DNA of 64,000 bases from the NCBI GenBank assembly GCA_002269645.1, contig NIVC01000513.1:434001-498000 (forward strand), written 5' to 3'. Each line of letters begins with the position of its first letter. Positions within the stretch are counted from its first letter, which is position 1. The translations under genes and the position numbers were made by a program. The stretch is from Macrostomum lignano. Lineage: Eukaryota. The notes under the pieces are model-generated. The model worked only from the letters and a program-made list of their open reading frames with translations. It was not told the origin of the DNA and did no database searches. Positions 23,720 to 36,714 of the stretch are shown piece after piece.

Positions 23720-25917
23720 TTGACTTACTTGACTTAGCTGCAGGGGGCGTCCGGCGGATGCAGCGGGGAGGCGGAGGAGACCGCCCATTCCGCTAGCCCC
23801 TGGTGACCAATGACTTCCGTTGAAGTGAAGTCGCTCAGGGGGACCCGTCGGTCTCGCCTGCAGCGCGGTCCTCCTCACCGACAGTGGGGAAGAAATCGGC
23901 TCTTCCCGTGTCCCTGAGGTACCGGGCGAGCAGCGGGATGCTCTCGGGCCTGCAAACGTCGGAGAGAACCGGGTTTAGCCCGAGGTGAGTGAGCCTGGCC
24001 CTGGTGAAAACCGGGCAGTGGCAGATAAAATGCTCGGCTTTTTCACTGCCTGAGCGGCAGAAAGGGCACCGCTCCTCGGGTACCTGGCCCTGAAGGAAGC
24101 GGTGGCGAGAGAAGCAGCCATGCCTGGAGAGGGCCATGCTAACTGCTCTGAGGTCTCTGCGGTTGAGCCTGAGGAGGGCTCTACGCAGGAGAGGGGAGAG
24201 GCAGGGGACGGCCACCCGGGATTGCCTACAATTCCGGGTGTCGTGCCACCTGTGGAGATGCTCGGAGTCAGCCCAGCGCTTAACGCGGGAGTTGATCACC
24301 GAGGCGGGGATGGGGGCCCCCGGGCCCGGCCCCAGCAGCGCGCCGGCGGAGCCAGCCTTGGCCAGCAGGTCGGCGCGCTCGTTGCCGAGGGAACCGGCGT
24401 GGCCCGGGATCCATCTGAGCTCTACCTGGTTGCCTAGCGCAAGCCCGTTGAGCTGGGTGTTGCAGTCCAGGACGGACCTGGAGCTGGTGGTGCAGCGGCA
24501 GAGGGCCTGAAGGGCTGCTTGGCTGTCAGAGTGAAAAATAAGCTTCCGACCGCTAAGCTGCCTTCGGCGCAGTTTTGCCGCGCAGGAGCTGATGGCAAGC
24601 ACCTCGCTCTGAAAAACACTGGAGTTGAGCCCAGTGTGCTGGGTGTAGCTCCACGCCACTTCTCCCTTGAAGAAGACGCACGCTCCGAAGCCTGAAAGAC
24701 CATGCTTCATAGAGCCGTCAGTGTAACAGTGGACTTCAGAATCGCTCCAGCTGTCACTCGCCTCAAGTCGAGGCTGAATAGTGACCTTTATACCTTTGGC
24801 TCAGGAGAAGGGTGGCTGGGATCGAGTCCGAGAGGATGTTGAGCCCGCCACATTCTTCTAGAGCCTTGAGGCAGAGGTCAGAGTGCGGGATAAGCGACCG
24901 CTTCTTAAAGGCCACCCCAGCATCCAGAAGACGCCGGGTGCTCTTCGCCGCCTCTCCTTTGATATAAATATCCAGAGGAGAAGTGCAGAGGGAGGCATTC
25001 ATGCCTTCAAAAGGAGTAGAGGGTGGAGCGCCCATAGTCATGCGGCAGGCTCTGCCCTGGATTTTGTAGAGAGCGTCGAGGTTACTCTTGACGCCCAGAC
25101 CGCTAGCCCACACGAGGCTGGCGTAACTGATCGAGGGGCGGATGATTGCAGTGTAAATCCACAACAGCTTCCTGGGGGTGAGCCCCCAGGTGGTGCCCAC
25201 GGCGCGCCTGATCTGAGCCAGGACAGCCAGGGCTTTTTTGGCTTTAGTTTGAATGTGCGGAGTCCAGTTGAGCCTGTGGTCCAGAGTGAGGCCCAGGCAG
25301 CGGACCTGCTTCTCCATGGAAATGTTCTTTCCATAGAGGGTGAGGGGCTTAATGGTCCAGAGCAGTCTGTTGGTAAACATGACCGCTGTGGTTTTCGACT
25401 CTGAGAGTCTAAGACCACATTGGTTTGCCCAACGCTCTGCTCGTCCCAGAAAGCCCTGCAGAAGATCTCTGATGGTGTCAACCGAGGGGCCCGCGCAGAT
25501 TGCGGTCACGTCATCGGCATAGCCCACCTTGAGAATGGGGTCGTGGAGATCACTGCAAAGCAGCTCATCCATGACCATGTTCCAGAGAACGGGGGTGAGA
25601 ACTCCGCCCTGGGGGCCCCCTTTTTGGACAGGCGCCGAAAGAGAGCTGCCGCTCAGGTGGGCCACAACAGTGCGGTTCCGGATCATGAACATGATCCACC
25701 GGACAAGGTGAGGGTGCGTGGCCCTGGATTCCAGGGCTCTGCAAAAGGCCTCGAAGATGACGTTGTCGAAGGCCCCCTCAATGTCCAGAAAAAGCGAGAG
25801 GGCAAAGCCGCTGCCAAGAACGGCCCTCTCCAGGAAGTCAACAATGACATAGAGGGCACTCTCGGTAGACCTGCCCGCGCGGAAGGCGTGCTGGTTCTGC
25901 GAGAGTGGGAAGCTCCC
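23720..25917 (-). mobile_element. 5'-truncated Loa/R1-like LINE (RT plus RNase H)
   Basis: QHAFRAGRSTESAL, LFLDIEGAFDNV, GGPQGGVLTPVLWN, YADDV; RNase H HCYTDGS, QSEVLAI, HSDSQAAL, GNERADLLAK. The tail is ..aagtcaagtaagtca. The flanks rejoin to resemble the empty site at 39735-39800. Confidence 0.9.
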
Positions 25918-25985
25918 CACTTACATACGTTACATACGTTTTCTACATGCACCTCGAGCGTTAGTATTCAAATAAATTGTTTTGA

Positions 25986-28187
25986 TGTAACCGCCCTTGT
26001 CGCCTGTCCGCTCCGTAGAGAGACGAACGCATGACTAGAGGGGGCAATGACCGTAGGCTGCCTATGACCGGGCAATGACCTGACGGACCTCCAGCACCAG
26101 ACTGTCCCGCCCACATGATTAGTAGCTTTGGTAGCGCTTTGTGACCAGAGGGCCAAGGACCCACATGGACCCCACCTGTAGCCAAGGTGCAATAGTTGGT
26201 CACTCGGTCATAGTATGACCGAGTGGCTGCCACCACTCTATGTGACCTGGCGCACCTGGATCTTTCTACCAGACCTCTCGAGGCTAGAGCCCCGCCTGGG
26301 ATGGTTACCAGGAGATTTAGGCTAACAGGGGAGACACATGCAGCCGAGTACAGGGACTCTGCTTGGGGCATGATCGGGAACTCTGGGCTCAATCTGGAGG
26401 ATTTCTCAGCAGGGGATCCTTTGTGGCTGTGAGCGAGGCTGACTTGCGACTTTGATTACTAAGAGTAGTATGAGGCGAACATGTACTGTCTATAGTTTAG
26501 ATTGCTCAGGGCGAAGGGACGCGTCAGCATGGGGTTGCAACCTTCCTACTGCCATTCTGTGCCAAGACTCGCTAATCCCTCTACTGCACGCACGCACGGC
26601 CCCGCAGCACGCACTCACAGGCGAGCTTTGCACGGGGAGAGGCCATTAGCTTACTTAAACTTCCTTACGCTTTGCCACCCCGAAAGAAAGGCTTAGCAAG
26701 CCATGGGTGAAATGATGGTGAAAGAGTGAATAATAATGAGGTTAGTTAATAGTTAATAATTAGGCCCTTAGGCAAATAATAAGGCAATTAGGCGGCTTCA
26801 CTATTAAGTAAAAATACAAGAAAAGGTACGGTATTACAACTGGCTCAGCTCTCTAATCAGACAATGGAAAAATAGGCAAACTCCGGATAAGCAAAGGCAA
26901 TTAGAGCACAAATCAGTAATAGGAACTTACCGGCAGCTGCACAGAGAGAGAGAGAGGCGGAGTGACCGAGGGCGGCTGTAGGCTGCAGTCAGGCAGGCAG
27001 TGAAGCGGCGATGCACTGAGGCGACGAGGCGCTGGTGTAGATCAGGCGAAGCTGATGATGCTGGGCGGTATCAGACCGCTGGCTAATAGGCGAGCTCACT
27101 TGGGGAGCTGATGATAACTTAGCGGTAACAGACCGCGGACCGGCAGGGATTCGTCTTATAGACGAATGGGTCAGAACTCAGTCTGACGGCAAGCCCAAAG
27201 AGGCGAAGAGTTGAGGATTCTCATGCCGAAATCGCTTCCTTTTATAGCCTTCCCAGCCGCCGCTCCAAGGTCGTTTCCATGACTCCCTCTCTCTGATTGG
27301 CTGCCGGCAGAATGACGTCAGAATGAGTCATGATGAGAAGCATGAGACCGGCATAGCAACATGAGAAATAGGGAAATTGCGCAATCCGGAGGCGGGGTGG
27401 GGGGGATAATTGGCGCAGCGGGAGGTCGTGAAAGTGTTGCGTAAGCAAACATTGAGAACAATGGGGCTGGGGTCGATAACAAAGGAATTGGAAATCGGGG
27501 ATAATTGGGGAGAATCGAGAACAATAGAAAAGTAAACATTGGAGAAAAGTGATAATTAGGTGCGAAAACGAGAACAAAAGAAAGAGAAAATCGAAGAAAA
27601 TGTGATAATTGGTGGGGGTAAAGAGAACAAAAGAATTTAAAACGAGAACAATAGAAGCGGAGGCGGGGTGGGGGTCGCATGAGAAATTTAGGGAGGAGAA
27701 CAATGGCATGAGAAAAGGTTGCGCAAGAGAGGGGGATGAGTCATCGATGAGTCATCGAGGGGAAGAAGGGGTCACACGACTTGCGTCACCGTTTGGGAGT
27801 TTCGGAAAGGATGGGAGGTCTGTGAGCACACAACATACTGTAAGTAGACGTAGAGAAAGAGGGGACAGCGCAAGAAAAGAGTGCAAAGAGAGACAAAAAC
27901 GATGGAGGATACGGAAAGTACAAGAAGAATAGGGTCGAGCTCAGGGGAGATAAGGTAGAGGGGAGGGTACAGAGAGGGACAGGGAGCTCCGGAAAGGCAG
28001 GTGTGGCGGCAGGGGAGACGGAACCAAGGCAGCAGGGGGGTGCAGCAGAGCGGGAGTCTCCAGGCCTGGTCGGAAACCTGGCCGAGTCTCGACAGCTCTG
28101 TGCAGGGGGGGGGGGTACACGGGATAGGAGGCACTTACGAAAAAGTTCCCATGCCCTATCCCGCGACCAGAGCATGGGTACATCACA
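25986..28187 (-). repeat. Probable 3' LTR (~2.2 kb) of a minus-strand LTR retrotransposon
   Basis: Bounded by TGTAAC (25986) and ATCACA (28187). A polypurine tract AGGCAGTGGGGG lies immediately inside on the minus strand (28188-28199), with TATA ctataaaa at 27240-27247. Left of 25986 the sequence returns to Maverick spacer (tcaaataaattgtttt). No second LTR is present to confirm it. Confidence 0.6.
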
Positions 28188-29188
28188 CCCCCACTGCCTT
28201 TTGTGACGGAACTGGTTCCGTCATCACCACTGCCCAACATGGAACCACACAGACGGGAGCGGGATCTCAACCGAACTTGAAATTACAGAATTAACAAACC
28301 GCAAGCGGGAGTGGGAGGAAAGACGATAAAATAGAGGGAATAGCAATAAATTCACTGACTGAAACATATAACTTGAAGTACAATACAGAATTTCAAAAAT
28401 TTTAACTGTTGCTGTGGCTAAAGTGGGGGGGGGACACAGGCGGCGCGATAATAGGGAGAAAATACCAAATTGTCAGCAATAAATTATCATAAAAGGATAG
28501 GAGCGCTCCTGGGGGGGAAGGAAATAGAGGAAGGGTGAGGTGGGGGCGGAGGTGATAGCACACAGCCAAGGGGCAGAGCCCCGGGGAGACTGACAATTAC
28601 ACAGGGGGAAAATACTAATGCAGCGCAGTAAATTAATAAAATAATTTCGCCGGGAGTTCGACCGCACGGAGGCCTAGCGTCCTCGAAGGCTCGGACCCCC
28701 CTTCAGCCAGTCAGGGAGCTTCGGGGCGATCGGTTGTAGACGGGAAGGCGCCACTGATGACGGGAGCCGGCTGCCTGCAATCTACACTGAGTCGCAGTTC
28801 CTAACCAAGGCACCCAGCGCGATCCTTTAAACTATACAACTACTCGGTAAGTCCCATCGCCAATCTGATTTCCTTTCACCTGTACAATAAACGAAATCTA
28901 CCCACTCGCCATGCCTTTCATATTAAACTGAGCCAATTGCAGTAGTAATATATGTCTTTTCTTATGGTAAAAGTAGTGGGCAGCCAACACAGAGCCATTT
29001 TTAGGAATTTTAGAATAATAACACAACAATGACTCGTATATTGGTTATTAAAGTTTAAAAATGAATATTATGAAAGAACCGAATATTAATAGGATAATTT
29101 CACACACACACGACAAACACAGAACGCAAGGGGCGGAAATGCGGGTCGGACCGGCCGGCGGACGTCGCTCAGCAGGCAGTCGGCGTCC

Positions 29189-29921
29189 TTACTCGAAATG
29201 GGTCTCTTGATTTAGCTGGTACGGGCCATATGCCGCCACCTGGGCCATGGCACTGGCCCATGCTTCCACATAACGTTGGGTTGCCGCGGCCGTGAGCACC
29301 ACTCGGTGCCATCGGCTAGGCAAGATGTCGTTGCGCAGCACGCCCCTCAATTGCGGCAGAGTCGGGACGCCCAGGGCCTGGCATTGGACGACAAAGGCCG
29401 CATTCCTTACTTGTTGCAGCCGTGTCAGTTGGTGCAGACAGGGGCGGCTGCGCGATCGCAAAATGCTGCAAAGTGCCACGGGGCACCTCGGCCAGGCCCG
29501 CGTAGCCGGGCTCAACGTCGCCCAGGGCCGCCAACACCCACCCACAGCTTCGATTGAACCGTTGCGAGAGAGTGGCGGCCCAGGCCACCGTGGCAAACGG
29601 CGCATAGAGAAGGGGCGCAGCGGCCGGCGCGGAGGCCGCGAGAATGCCGTCGTGGATGACGAGAGCCTCTTCCCATTCGGCGCCCTCGCTCAGGAAGCCC
29701 CAGAGCAGCCCTGGCAGGTCCGCAGGCAGCATGCCCCAGCGGCTGGCCAAGCTGGCCAGGCCAATCAATAGCCGGGCTCTCTGGGTTGGTGTCAGCTCGG
29801 GGCCGTCCTCCGTCTCTTGGATGTCGTCACGGGGCCGCTTTCGGCCGACCGGGCTGGCAGGACACTTAGACGGTAAGTTGGAGCATAGCTGGATTCGATT
29901 GATGTTAGGCTTCTTGTCCAT
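29189..29921 (-). CDS. Accessory ORF of unknown function (~240 aa, one frameshift) inside the LTR element
   Basis: GC-rich overlapping ORFs 29316..29921 and 29189..29605. They are preceded by TATA (30015-30021) and two CCAAT boxes (30040-30044 and 30127-30131) on the same strand. Confidence 0.45.
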
Positions 29922-31530
29922 GCTAAGCTGGATAGTTCTTAGAATGCTTCAGCGATTGAATGACAGAATGATTTCTCTGATTGATGATTTCCAGCTCTGG
30001 CAGGCGTGGGTCTTCTTATAGTGCTGGGGCTGACTTCTCATTGGTTGAGCACGCTGGGAGGCACACCGGCTGCGGCCGGGGTCGCCGTTGGCTTGGGACC
30101 GCTCGTCCGGGTCTCCGTGGGCGCTGATTGGCTGGTTCCGCCCCTCCCTGTTTCCTCACCTGTGAGCAGGGGGCAGACCCTAGACCGCTTCCGTTCGCGC
30201 CTGCGGCTGATCCGCACTTCGGCCGACCGAGATCGCACTTCCACCTCACATGCACACATTCCGATCAGGCACACAAATTAAATTGGTTAGTATGAATAGA
30301 AGAAAGATTTGGGAGATTAGGCTCCAGAGGATAAATGATGAAGCGGCCCAACTCCTTCTTCTTCCTTCTTCCTTCAACGCCACACACACGCAGTTCTCAT
30401 CCATGCCTGCGAAACCCTCATAAACTTAACAGCCGAAAGAGTTTGAAAGAATAATCAATCATTAATTTGACTGCCACCATTTTGGTGTACTACTAAAGAA
30501 AAGAAAGGAGGATCCGCCACCATTTTGAGTGGGTTACTAAGGAAACTGCCACCATTTGAATATTACTAAAGGAGAGAAAGGAGAAAATTTGTCACCAACT
30601 TGAGTGTATTATCAGAAGAAGGCGGGGAAGAGAGCTGCCACTACTTGACCACCTCAAGCTCAAGAGAGGGAGAAGGAATGAAGAGATCCCCAAGAAGGTC
30701 ACTACCACCCGCCATAAAGTTAAAATCCCCATCTATCTACATCCTAATCCCCGGCTAGCCCCTTACTTCTCTTTCATCTCTTAACTTCTCATTTTCAGGA
30801 TTCCGGCCGCGAGTAGCCGAGCCCATCCTTGAAGAGGAGTCCGACTACGAAGTGCCCGAAGGCAGCTATTCGAGGTCAGGTGACCGCTCCGACTCTGGGT
30901 CGGCCACGGCATCAGGCGACATAGGCGCCGCGGCTCCCGGGCCATGCGACCGCCGAGCCGCCAGCGAACCAGCGTCCGGGGCCGGTTGGCATCCGGCACC
31001 ACCGCCGTTGTCAGCCCGAGCGCACGCTCCGCCGCCAGTCGCCGCGGTGGCGCCCGTGGCTGCCGCTCCACAGCCCTTGCCAGCCCCTGTGGTGGAGACC
31101 GACGGCTCCTGGCACTTGGTCGTGCTGGCGACGGCCCTAATAGCCGGTCTCACAATGCACTGGCTGCTGCTCTTGGAGCTATTGCTGCGGCTTCCCAACT
31201 GCTGATGCTGGTTGTTCTTAATGCTAACTTAACTTACTAATTCTAAACTATCTGTCCCCATAACTTGACTTAAATTAACTCTCTACTTTACATAGACTAA
31301 ACCACTGGCCTACTCTAAACTAATTGCTGCCCCATTTGTCTGCTAAGCTTAATTACATTACATGCTTTAATATTGCATCATCAAAACCAATTAAAATTTC
31401 CCAAAATCTGACTTTCACAAGGTGTGAACAAACACACGAATTCAGACCTAAAGGTGCTAATTTCTACGGTCCCAGATTTCTATTGTCCCAGAAAATCTTA
31501 AACGGCGGGGCAGGAGCTCCTGTGGGGCAG

Positions 31531-31804
31531 ACCCATAGAAATTTTCCTAGTTTCCAAGTAAATATTTACTGATAGGGAATTAACGCATACCGTACGGGCC
31601 TAATTTTCGAACTAAAATCTTAGATATTTAAACAACACCAACGAGCACGAAGTCACAACAGAGAAACCATAGAGACCCATAGAAATTTTCCTAGTTTCCA
31701 AGTAAATATTTACTGATAGGGAATTAACGCATACCGTACGGGCCTAATTTTCGAACTAAAATCTTAGATATTTAAACAACACCAACGAGCACGAAGTCAC
31801 AACA
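31531..31804. repeat. Direct tandem duplication, 2 x 130 bp with a 14-bp spacer
   Basis: acccatagaaattttcc...gaagtcacaaca occurs at 31531-31660 and 31675-31804. Confidence 0.9.
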
Positions 31805-31938
31805 TAGATTCGAATAATAGAGGGCATACGTAAATACGCGAAAAGCGGTCTCCAACGGGGCAACATGAGCAAAATTTCGACACACTAATCGGGGGGGGGG
31901 GGAATTAAGCAATCACGGGCTAGCTACCATTCTATTAC

Positions 31939-33890
31939 TCAGCGGGGGTCGAATGGGAGACTCACACCTAGCAAGTGAACCTTTTCTGTTCTATAGTCTA
32001 TGATGGCATGCGTACTGGCTAGAAAGGCACTACCCAGGAGGGAAACTGCTGCTGAATTGTTAACGACCAGAAAGAGGATTCTCACCTCTTCTAGCCCAAT
32101 AACTGCTGTGAGGGTGGCCTGGCCTAGCATCTCTAACTCATTGCCCGTATAGGACACGGCCTTCACACATGGGGGCTCCAAGGCCTCCACACTCCGTCCG
32201 GTAATTTTAGTAAAGTCTTTGACTGTTAGCAAAGACAGCGCACTGCCCCCATCCACTAGGAGGTGGGTGGGAACATTCTCAATTGGCAACTCCACAACAA
32301 TGTCTCTCCCGAGTTGTCCTCTAGCTGGCCTTGGCTGGTAGAAGTCGGGCACCTTTTCAAATCTAAACTTCTTTCTGGGCGAACTTGGCAGGTTAAGCTG
32401 GGCCCTAGAGATGGAACGGGGCTGAGTTCGGGCCGGGCCATTCAGCCCTCCCACGGGTTTCCCGAACCCGGGGGTTCTTCAGCCGTAGTGGGTGGGGGCA
32501 TCAAGGCTTGCGCGCGCAGCTGGGCGAGCCTCTCCTGCCTCTCCCTGGTAGCCTCCTCTAACATGTCTCTACCCCAATCCGCTAGATCTTGCCTGTGGCG
32601 ATCGGGTGGCGCTTGCACTTGCAGCTGTTGCTGCTGCTGCGCACCCGGCGCCTGCGGTGGGGGCGCCTCCTGAATTGCAAGCGGCGGAGGCTGGGATTGG
32701 CGCCAGTTCCTATTGCTATTAGAGCCGCCCTGCCCCTGCCTCCAGTTCCTGTTGGGAGTGGCGGGGCGAGGGGGTCTCATCTGCTGGGGCAGCTGAGCAA
32801 CAGACTCAGCTGTTACCCTCATAGTTTCATTGAGCTGCACCAGCTGGTTGCGCAGATCCTTCTGAGCTTGCTCTAGCGCGCCCAACCTCTCCTGCATCTC
32901 CGATAGGCCGTCACCCCCCTCATCCGTCTCGTCAGCTTCCTGGTTCACCATCCTGACCCACTTGCGAGGGGGCCTGGGCGGCTGATGAGGTTGCAGACGG
33001 ACTTCAGCGCGGGACTCAGACTTGGGTGGGCCACTACTATCCCATTTCCCAGCCAAGTCGGCGGCCTCTAACAGGGCTTGCTGCTGCTCTAGTACCTGCT
33101 CAATCGTCTGCCAGCGATGGCTCAACAGATCTTGTCAGACCTGGCGGGGGAGCTTGGCGTGTTCCAAGTAGGTGTACACGATTTCCTGTTCTCTCTGCTC
33201 ACCCTGGATCTGAGGAAACATGGCCGTTATCTGGGATCTTATCATAGCGGCAAAAGCGCTATGTGATTGGCCGGGTTTCTGGCTCAGATTCTTCAGCTTA
33301 TTTCTCTTAGCCAGGTCAGTGTTGGCCTCGCCCAACTGCTCTCCTAATCTAGCTACGAACTGCTCAAATGGCAATTGCCCGTCTAATCCTAAGGCTAGGT
33401 TCTGAAATTCGCCTGGGAGGTGCGAGATGAGCACCTGCTTTCTAGCCTGATCTCCTATAGTTCACTCCGCGTCCAGCTTGTAGATCATTCTCTCTACCCA
33501 TTGCACGAAGCAGTGTTCACCGGGAGAGAATTTCTCTACATAGATCTTTGGCCTCTGAGCCTCTTGGCCCATGTTCAGCTGGTTGAACGCGTTGGCTATA
33601 GCAGCGACTAAATCCCCTAACTGCGGAACTACCTGAGGAGGATTCTGGGCTGCGTCCGGGGGAGCAGCGGCGGCGGCTGCTTCACACTGATTGGGAGCGG
33701 GAGCTGCTACTCCTTCATCTGGTTCCTCAACTACTACTGCTTCTGGAGGCTGAGGGACCTGGTTACCAGCGGCTGCGGCCATTGCGGCTGCGGGGGCGGC
33801 AACTGCTGGGGTGTCAGCGGCCGAGGGTGTTTGACCAGGGGCGTCTGCGCACACAGCTTCTACGACCCTATCTCCACGCGCCCGTGACAT
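31939..33890 (-). pseudogene. Gag plus aspartic protease of an LTR retrotransposon (2 in-frame stops in gag; pro in a shifted frame)
   Basis: Gag-like LKNLSQKPGQSHSAF; retropepsin HLLVDGGSALSLL ... VSLLGSAFL..IIDY. No CCHC knuckle was seen. Confidence 0.8.
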
Positions 33891-33984
33891 GTGAATGCCG
33901 GATAGCTGGGGGAGTACCCACTACCGGGAAGGAAAAGGAAGAAACCCGGGGCAACTACAGGTAGACACCCGAAAAAGTTGATGA

Positions 33985-34510
33985 CCACATAATTGTCAAC
34001 AAGTGGAATAGACATTTTGACAGAGTTTCACGGAGATAGAGCTGTTGCTGCTGCTGAGAGTGTCGGAGCGAGCGAGCGCGAGAGAATTCTGAAAAATCTC
34101 TCAGCAGCGTGGTCCTTTATATACCCGCGAAAGCGACTGTACTCTGAGGAGGTGAGTCTGCGGTCTGCATTTTTCGTTCCTACAGCACTACCGGTTGGTT
34201 AGATACACTCAGATCCAATTACAATCCGTATGAGAACGAAAATGATGGGGTATTTTCAGACCCCATCTTTTCTCTACCAAGTTGGGGTCTGAGTGTACAA
34301 TTGTACACTAATTTGCAAATGCAGTACAAGGGAAAGAGAAATAATGCACACGCGCTCTCTGCTTTTGCAGCATCCCCTTCCTGCAGGGGTATATAAAGGA
34401 AATTGTAGGAGCATCACCAGTCACAGCCGCTTCCGCAGCATCAGCATCAGCCACAATCGCACCAGCATCAGCAGCAGCAGCAGAAGCATGGCATCGAAGC
34501 GTTCAGCCGC
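33985..34510 (+). repeat. Inverted repeat arm (~525 bp) paired with 36715-37245; contains a divergent promoter
   Basis: The ORF track gives near-identical translations for 33993..34202(+) and 37025..37234(-), and for 34293..(+) and 36635..36934(-). Confidence 0.9.
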
Positions 34511-34560
34511 TGAAGCCGCAGGCCGGCTCATCAAGGCAGCAGCAGCAGCAGCAGCAGCAG

Positions 34561-35200
34561 TCACGGGGTATCAGCGTCAGGTCGAGACCAGCCTCTACGC
34601 CGATGACAGCGCCCTGCTGGCCCTGGACCGCAAGCTAGACAACTGCGCGAGCAAACTCCAACCGGCTCTCGACGCGGTCCAACGTTGGTGCGAGCGCTGG
34701 AAAGTGCTGCTGAGCCCAGGCAAATGCAGCTACAGCACCTTCAGCCTCAGCCCAGCGGAAAATAGAGGCAAGGCTCGGCTCAATGTCAGCATCGGCAACA
34801 AACAACTGGCCTTTGAGCCCCACCCAGTCTTCCTTGGGGTGAAACTCGACGATCACCTCGGCTTCGCCGAACACGCTAAAGACATTCGCCGCCGCATGGC
34901 CGCCCGCAGACGACCCCTCCAGGCCATTGCTCACCGCCAACTGGGCGCAACTCAAGACATCCTTCGAGCGGTCTACACCGCCACCGTGCGCTCAGTGGCC
35001 GACTACGGCAGCGGAATCTGGCTGGCGGGAGCAGCCCCGAGCACCCGACTCATGATTGAACGACAACAAAACGCCTGTGCGCGGCTCATCACAGGGTGCG
35101 TCCAAACCACCCACACCGACCGACTTCTCAGCATCGCAGAGCTCCCCCCGGTCAGTCATGTCGCGATGGAGCGCGCCAGCATTTGCAAACTTAACGCTTG
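34561..35200 (+). mobile_element. RNase H-group-like LINE fragment (RT C-terminal half) directly after a (CAG)n tract
   Basis: SLYADDSAL...LQPALDAVQRWCERW...FLGVKLDDHLGF...VYTATVRSVADYGSGIW..RLITG. It has the same architecture as 21220-21750. Confidence 0.85.
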
Positions 35201-35509
35201 TTGAAATATGGGTTTTCTTTGAAACCACAGCTGCTTTTCATCTTTAGCATTCATTTTGGCTTAAAATTTCTGAAGTCAGGCTGTCCTCCTCCTGCCATAG
35301 ATGTTGAAGTAAAGGGAGGAAACTGTTTTTGGATTTCTCAGTTCAGGCCTAATGAAATAACAGAGTTTTAGAGAATATCCGCAGCAGCAGTATAGCCGGA
35401 TAATGTGTGTAGAGGATAGTCATAAAATTTCAGGGGGCTATATGACTAATCCTTGAACTAGAGAAGCAAAAACAGCAATCCTGTGGCGCGAACGTGACTC
35501 AGCGGGGCG

Positions 35510-36170
35510 GGCAGGCGGCAGTGATAAAATCAACCCCCTGGGCAACGCCGGAGCTGCGAAAGGCGTTCCAGTTGGGCTACCGCCTGCAGGCGGTGCACGC
35601 GCTAACCTACTGGACAGAGCAGCGGACTGGCCTGTTCAGAGATTATGTCAACACCTTCCTAAAGCTAAAGGCTGAATCGAGCGGCTCCCCCGGCATGGCC
35701 GACAAGGACAAGGCAGCTTACATTGCCGATTTTTACGCAAAGGAGGGCGTCACGCTGGACAAGGTCGAGCCCAACCCAGGACTTCGCTTTGTGGCGAAAA
35801 TCTTTTTGAATTCGTAAGTATTCATGAATTGTTTTTTAAACGATTTCTTCTACTATCAGTAGCTTTTCTTTTCACAACACAGGCTCTGGGGCAAATTTTG
35901 TCAGCGCGATGATCTCACATCGACCGAAATTGTGTCCAGTTACGAGGACTGGCTCGCCCGGCTGACCGACCCCAACCTCAAAGTCAAGGCCTGCGAACCG
36001 ATTGGCAGCGACTTCATGCTGCTGGAGTACTGGCACCGCTACTTTAATTAGCGGCCGTTCCGCTACTCCAACGTGCCAATCGGTTTTTTTACGACCACGC
36101 AGGCCCGGCTGCGCCTGTACGAGGCATTGCAGGGGCTCGGCGAACGGGCCATTTACTGCGACGTATTGCA
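35510..36170 (+). pseudogene. polB: pPolB fragment (WATPEL to YCD) with the motif-B intron (35815-35882)
   Basis: KIFLNS^gtaagt...cacag^LWGKFCQR; very similar to 41235-41860; one stop (taa near 36050). Confidence 0.88.
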
Positions 36171-36714
36171 TAAGTATTGCATTGGAAAAATTCTTTTAGA
36201 ATTGATTACTAATTATACAGCGTAATTATACAGCCCTATTTTTCTGATTTTAGATTTTTGCAAATGCTAAAGATGAAAAGCATAGTTTTACGCGCGCAGA
36301 GACTCACCTAGCTGTCGTCCCCTCTTTTCGGCCGGAGGCTGATGCTGCTGCTGTGGTTGTTGTTGTTGTTGTTGGCGTTGCCGTACCACAGCCCTATTCT
36401 CTCTTCATTTTAGCCCGTATTCGGAACTCGTTCCAAAGGGCCCGGCATTCCTTGGGCATGGCGCATAAGCCGCCCATATCCGTGATGCCGGTCTTCCTCC
36501 TGGTGTTGTCCATCACTGGGCACTTCCGTCTGGGTCTAGGTTCTTGGCAACGTATCTCGGACCATGTTCGCGGAGTGTATTGTATATAATACAATATAGA
36601 CTCCCCCAGGGCGCACCACGTGGAGGTCTGGACCCTAGCGCCCCTGCTGCTGTGGTTGCTGCTGCTGCCTGGAGGGGCCGGCCTGCCCCCACAAGGCTGA
36701 AATGGCGGCTTCAG

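Larger units (their letters stand above)
25986..33990 (-). mobile_element. Ty3/gypsy-like LTR retroelement: gag-pro, no RT/IN, 3.7-kb accessory region, 3' LTR; 5' LTR missing
   Basis: gag-like and retropepsin ORFs, a PPT and an LTR-like end. No pol motifs were found between 28188 and 31939. Confidence 0.7.

Noticed and set aside
33975-33990. Primer-binding site (TGGTCATC on the minus strand)
   Set aside because: No LTR precedes it, and I cannot match it to a tRNA 3' end.
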